The position numbers and the translations under genes were made by a program. This document shows positions 61,150 through 64,000 of a DNA stretch of 64,000 bases, piece after piece; positions within the stretch are counted from its first letter, which is position 1; each line of letters begins with the position of its first letter. Source of the stretch: Narcine bancroftii (Eukaryota); NCBI RefSeq assembly GCF_036971445.1, contig NC_091472.1, positions 250,480,001 to 250,544,000 of the forward strand, written 5' to 3'. Below the pieces are notes generated by a model. The model saw only the letters and a program-made list of their open reading frames with translations, did no database searches and was not told where the DNA came from.

Positions 61150-62640
61150 CTGCAGAAGGGGAGATAGACAGGAGTTAGAGGGATGCTGTCATCTAGGAGG
61201 CAGGAGGAAGGTAAGTGGGTGACAGTCAGGAGAGGGAAAGGAAACCAAAAGTCCAGGGCACCCATGTGGCCATTCCCCTCAATAGCACGTATATAGTTTT
61301 GGATACTGTTGAGGGGGGAATAACCTATCAGGAACAAGCTAAAGGTCAGGTCTCTGGTACAGAGTCTGCTCCTGTGGCTCAAAAGGGAAGGGAAGAGAAG
61401 AGACAAGCTGTAGTGATATAGGGGATTTCATGGTTAGGGGGACAGATAAGAAATTCTGTGGAAGAGGTTGAGTATCCTGGGTATTATGTTGCCTTCCTGG
61501 TGCCAGGTTCCAAGATATCTCATCAAGTTCACGGCATTCTGAGAAGGGAGGGTGAGCAGCTAGATGTCATGGTCCATGTAGGGACCAATGATGTGGGTAT
61601 GAAGGGTGAGGAGGTCCTGTATGGAGAATTCAGGGAGTTAGGCACTAGGCTGAAGGACAGGATTTCCAGGGTTGATCTCAGGATTGCTACCTGTGCCATG
61701 TGCTAGAGAGGTTAGAAATAGGAGGATTATACAGCTTAACATGTGGCCAAAGAGATGGTGCAGGAGGGAGGGTTTCAGGTTTCAAGCTCATTGGGCTCTC
61801 TTCCAGGGAAGGTGGGACCTGTTCCAGTGGGACTTGTTCTGATGCACCCGAACTGGAGGGGCACCAATATCCTTGCAGGAAGGTTTGCTTGCGCTAATCC
61901 AGTGGTGGGGAGGGGGAGGCAGTGTTAAACTAGATTTGCAGGGTGCTGGGAACCAGAGTACCAGAGTAGATAAAGGAGTGAATGAGGAAAAAGATGGTGA
62001 AGATTGAAAGTAAGTCAGAGGGTTGTACATGATGGCAATTTTCTCAGGCACATCTATTTCAATGCAAGTATTGTAGCAAAAGCAGATGAGCTTAGAGAAT
62101 GGGTTGGCGTGTGGAATTATGAAATTGTGGCCATTAGTGAAAATTGCTTGAGAGAGGGGCAGGACTGGGAGCTCAATGTTCTGGGCTTCCGTTGCTTCAG
62201 ATGTGATAGAATTGAGGGAATGAAAGGGGGAGAAGTGGCATTGTTCATCTGGGAAAATATCACAGCTCCGCTCAGGCAGAACACATCACAGGGCTCATTT
62301 ACTGAAGCTATATGGGTGGAATTGAAGAATGGGAAATGTATGACCACACTCACAGGGTTGTATTATAGATCTCCCAATAGACAGTGGGAATTGGAGGAGC
62401 AAATCTGTAGAGAGATAGCAGACAGCTGCAGAAAACAAAGTTGTAATAGTCGGAGTTTTTGACTTTCCACATATTCACTGGGACTCCCAAACTGTAAAAG
62501 GGCTGGATGCCTTGGAGTTTTCTAAACCAGTATATAGAGGAACCAACTAGAGAGAGTGCATTACCAAATCTCCTGTAAGGGAACAAGGGAAGACAGGTGA
62601 CAAGTATGTGTAAGGGAATATTTGTGTCCAGTGATTATCA
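61150..62640 (+). mobile_element. Degenerate CR1-like LINE (ORF1 esterase and ORF2 endonuclease region)
   Basis: VVIxGD, VHVGTND and HPNWRG (SGNH/GDSL-like ORF1); YFNA.SI..KADEL..IVAISE..GFRCFRCDR..GGEVAL..YYRSP (APE endonuclease). Confidence 0.8.
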
Positions 62641-62659
62641 TGGCCCATCCCTTTGTGAG

Positions 62660-64000
62660 CGGAGATGAAAACGGTGCCTTTTAGCTCTTCTGCCCTCACA
62701 GAACTTTTCATAGTTGTTGGCACATTGTGCTGAGTCACTGCGAATCGTGGAATCCATGCAGTGTGATTTTTTGCGAGGTCCTCCCAGTCAGCATGGTTGA
62801 CATGGAATGACTGGAGATCACGATTGATTGCGTTTTTGTAGTGAAGACGTGGGTGGCCAACAGTGGGGGTAGCATCTGGTAGCCCACCATAGAGGACATC
62901 TTTGGGCAATCGGCCGTGCTCTATTCGGACAATGTGGCCAGCCTACCGCAGGTGGCGAGCGTGGATGATTGTGTAGCGGTCCATACTTCCAGTCTTCTCC
63001 AGGACTTGGACGTTTGTGATTCTGTTGTGCCATGAGTAGCCTAGGATGGATCTGAGGCAGCAAAAATTGAATGCATTAAGGCAGTGTTCTTGCTTTCTGT
63101 ATGTGACCCAGGATTCACAGCCATAGAGAAGAGTACTCAGCACTCAGGCTTCATAGACTCGGATCTTCAACTTGGTGGAGAGGTGGCAGTTATCCCACAC
63201 GCGAGCACGGAGGCATCCGAAGGTAGTGAATGCTTTTCCCAGGTGTGTGTCCAGTTCTGCGTCGAGTGAGTTCATTGTTGTCATGGTGGAGCCCAAGGAG
63301 CAGAATTTCTCTGTTGTCGAGCACTGACCCATTGATGGTAATTGATGAAGTGTCGTGGGTTTGTTGGCTAAAGATGACTGTCTTGCCCAGGCTGATTTTC
63401 AGACCAAATTCAGAGCAGGCAGATGCAAATGTGTCGCACAACACTTGAAGCTCTGGCTGGGAGTGAGCCACGAAGGCAGCATCATCTGCATAGAGCAGTT
63501 CTTGAAATCATAACTCTTCTGATTTTGGTCTTGGCCCGGAGCCGTAACAGATTAAAAAGTTTTCCGGAGCTCTTTGTGTGCAGGGCTATGCCTGAAGCTT
63601 CTGGAAAGGCACGGCTCAGAAGGACAGAGAAGAAAATGCCAAATAGAACTGGAGCGAGTACGCAGCCCTGTTTTACGCCGCAGCAGATTGGGAACTCTTG
63701 TTCTTGAGGCATCGAATTGGGTAGTGGCCTGCATATTGTTGTGAAACTGGACGATGATGGACAGTACTGTGTCAGGGCAGTCAAGACGTTTTAAGACATG
63801 GAATAGGCCTGAGCGACTAGCATAGTCAAAGATCTTGGTGAGGTCGATGAAGCACACATAGAGGGTTTTGCATTGTTCGATGCATCTCTCTTGCAGTTGG
63901 CAGAAGGTGAAGACCATATCGATAGTTGATCGAGATGATCGAAAGCCACATTGGCTTTCAGGCAGTATTCTGTTGGCGATGGTTTGCAAGCGAATGAGGA
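62660..64000 (-). mobile_element. Older, degenerate RTE LINE of a second family, running off the right edge
   Basis: LPESQCGFRSSRSTIDMVF, FIDLTK, GVKQGCVLAP, YADD, STLLYGCESW and PKDVLYG motifs with frameshifts; clearly diverged from the 46-48 kb RTE. Confidence 0.88.

Overview
AT-rich, intron-containing vertebrate genomic DNA, most likely a cartilaginous fish judging from the repeat set (V-SINE/HE1-like SINEs, Rex1/Babar, CR1, L1/Tx1, RTE); the taxon is inferred. Four protein-coding genes can be assembled by hand from GT-AG exons. (1) Two 5' coding exons of ANKAR (minus strand, running off the left edge). (2) A complete 8-coding-exon, ~266-aa sugar-1-phosphate nucleotidyltransferase (plus, 16129-24008), head-to-head with ANKAR on a shared CpG-island promoter. 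(3) ASNSD1 (minus, 613 aa). (4) Its upstream-ORF microprotein ASDURF (minus, 4 exons, 76 aa), which the ORF track largely misses. The rest is mostly nested transposons: two degenerate Gypsy LTR elements, a young RTE LINE family, L1/Tx1, Rex1, CR1, MITEs, tRNA-derived SINEs and one 5S-rRNA-derived SINE, plus a 129-nt assembly gap. The three most interesting signals are: the orphan nucleotidyltransferase, which resembles a stand-alone version of the gkup pyrophosphorylase domain; a Gypsy element whose primer-binding position pairs with its own LTR instead of a tRNA; and an RTE insertion whose 5' inversion produced a perfect 51-bp hairpin just upstream of the ASDURF/ASNSD1 promoter. Family assignments come from recalled sequence similarity, not database searches.
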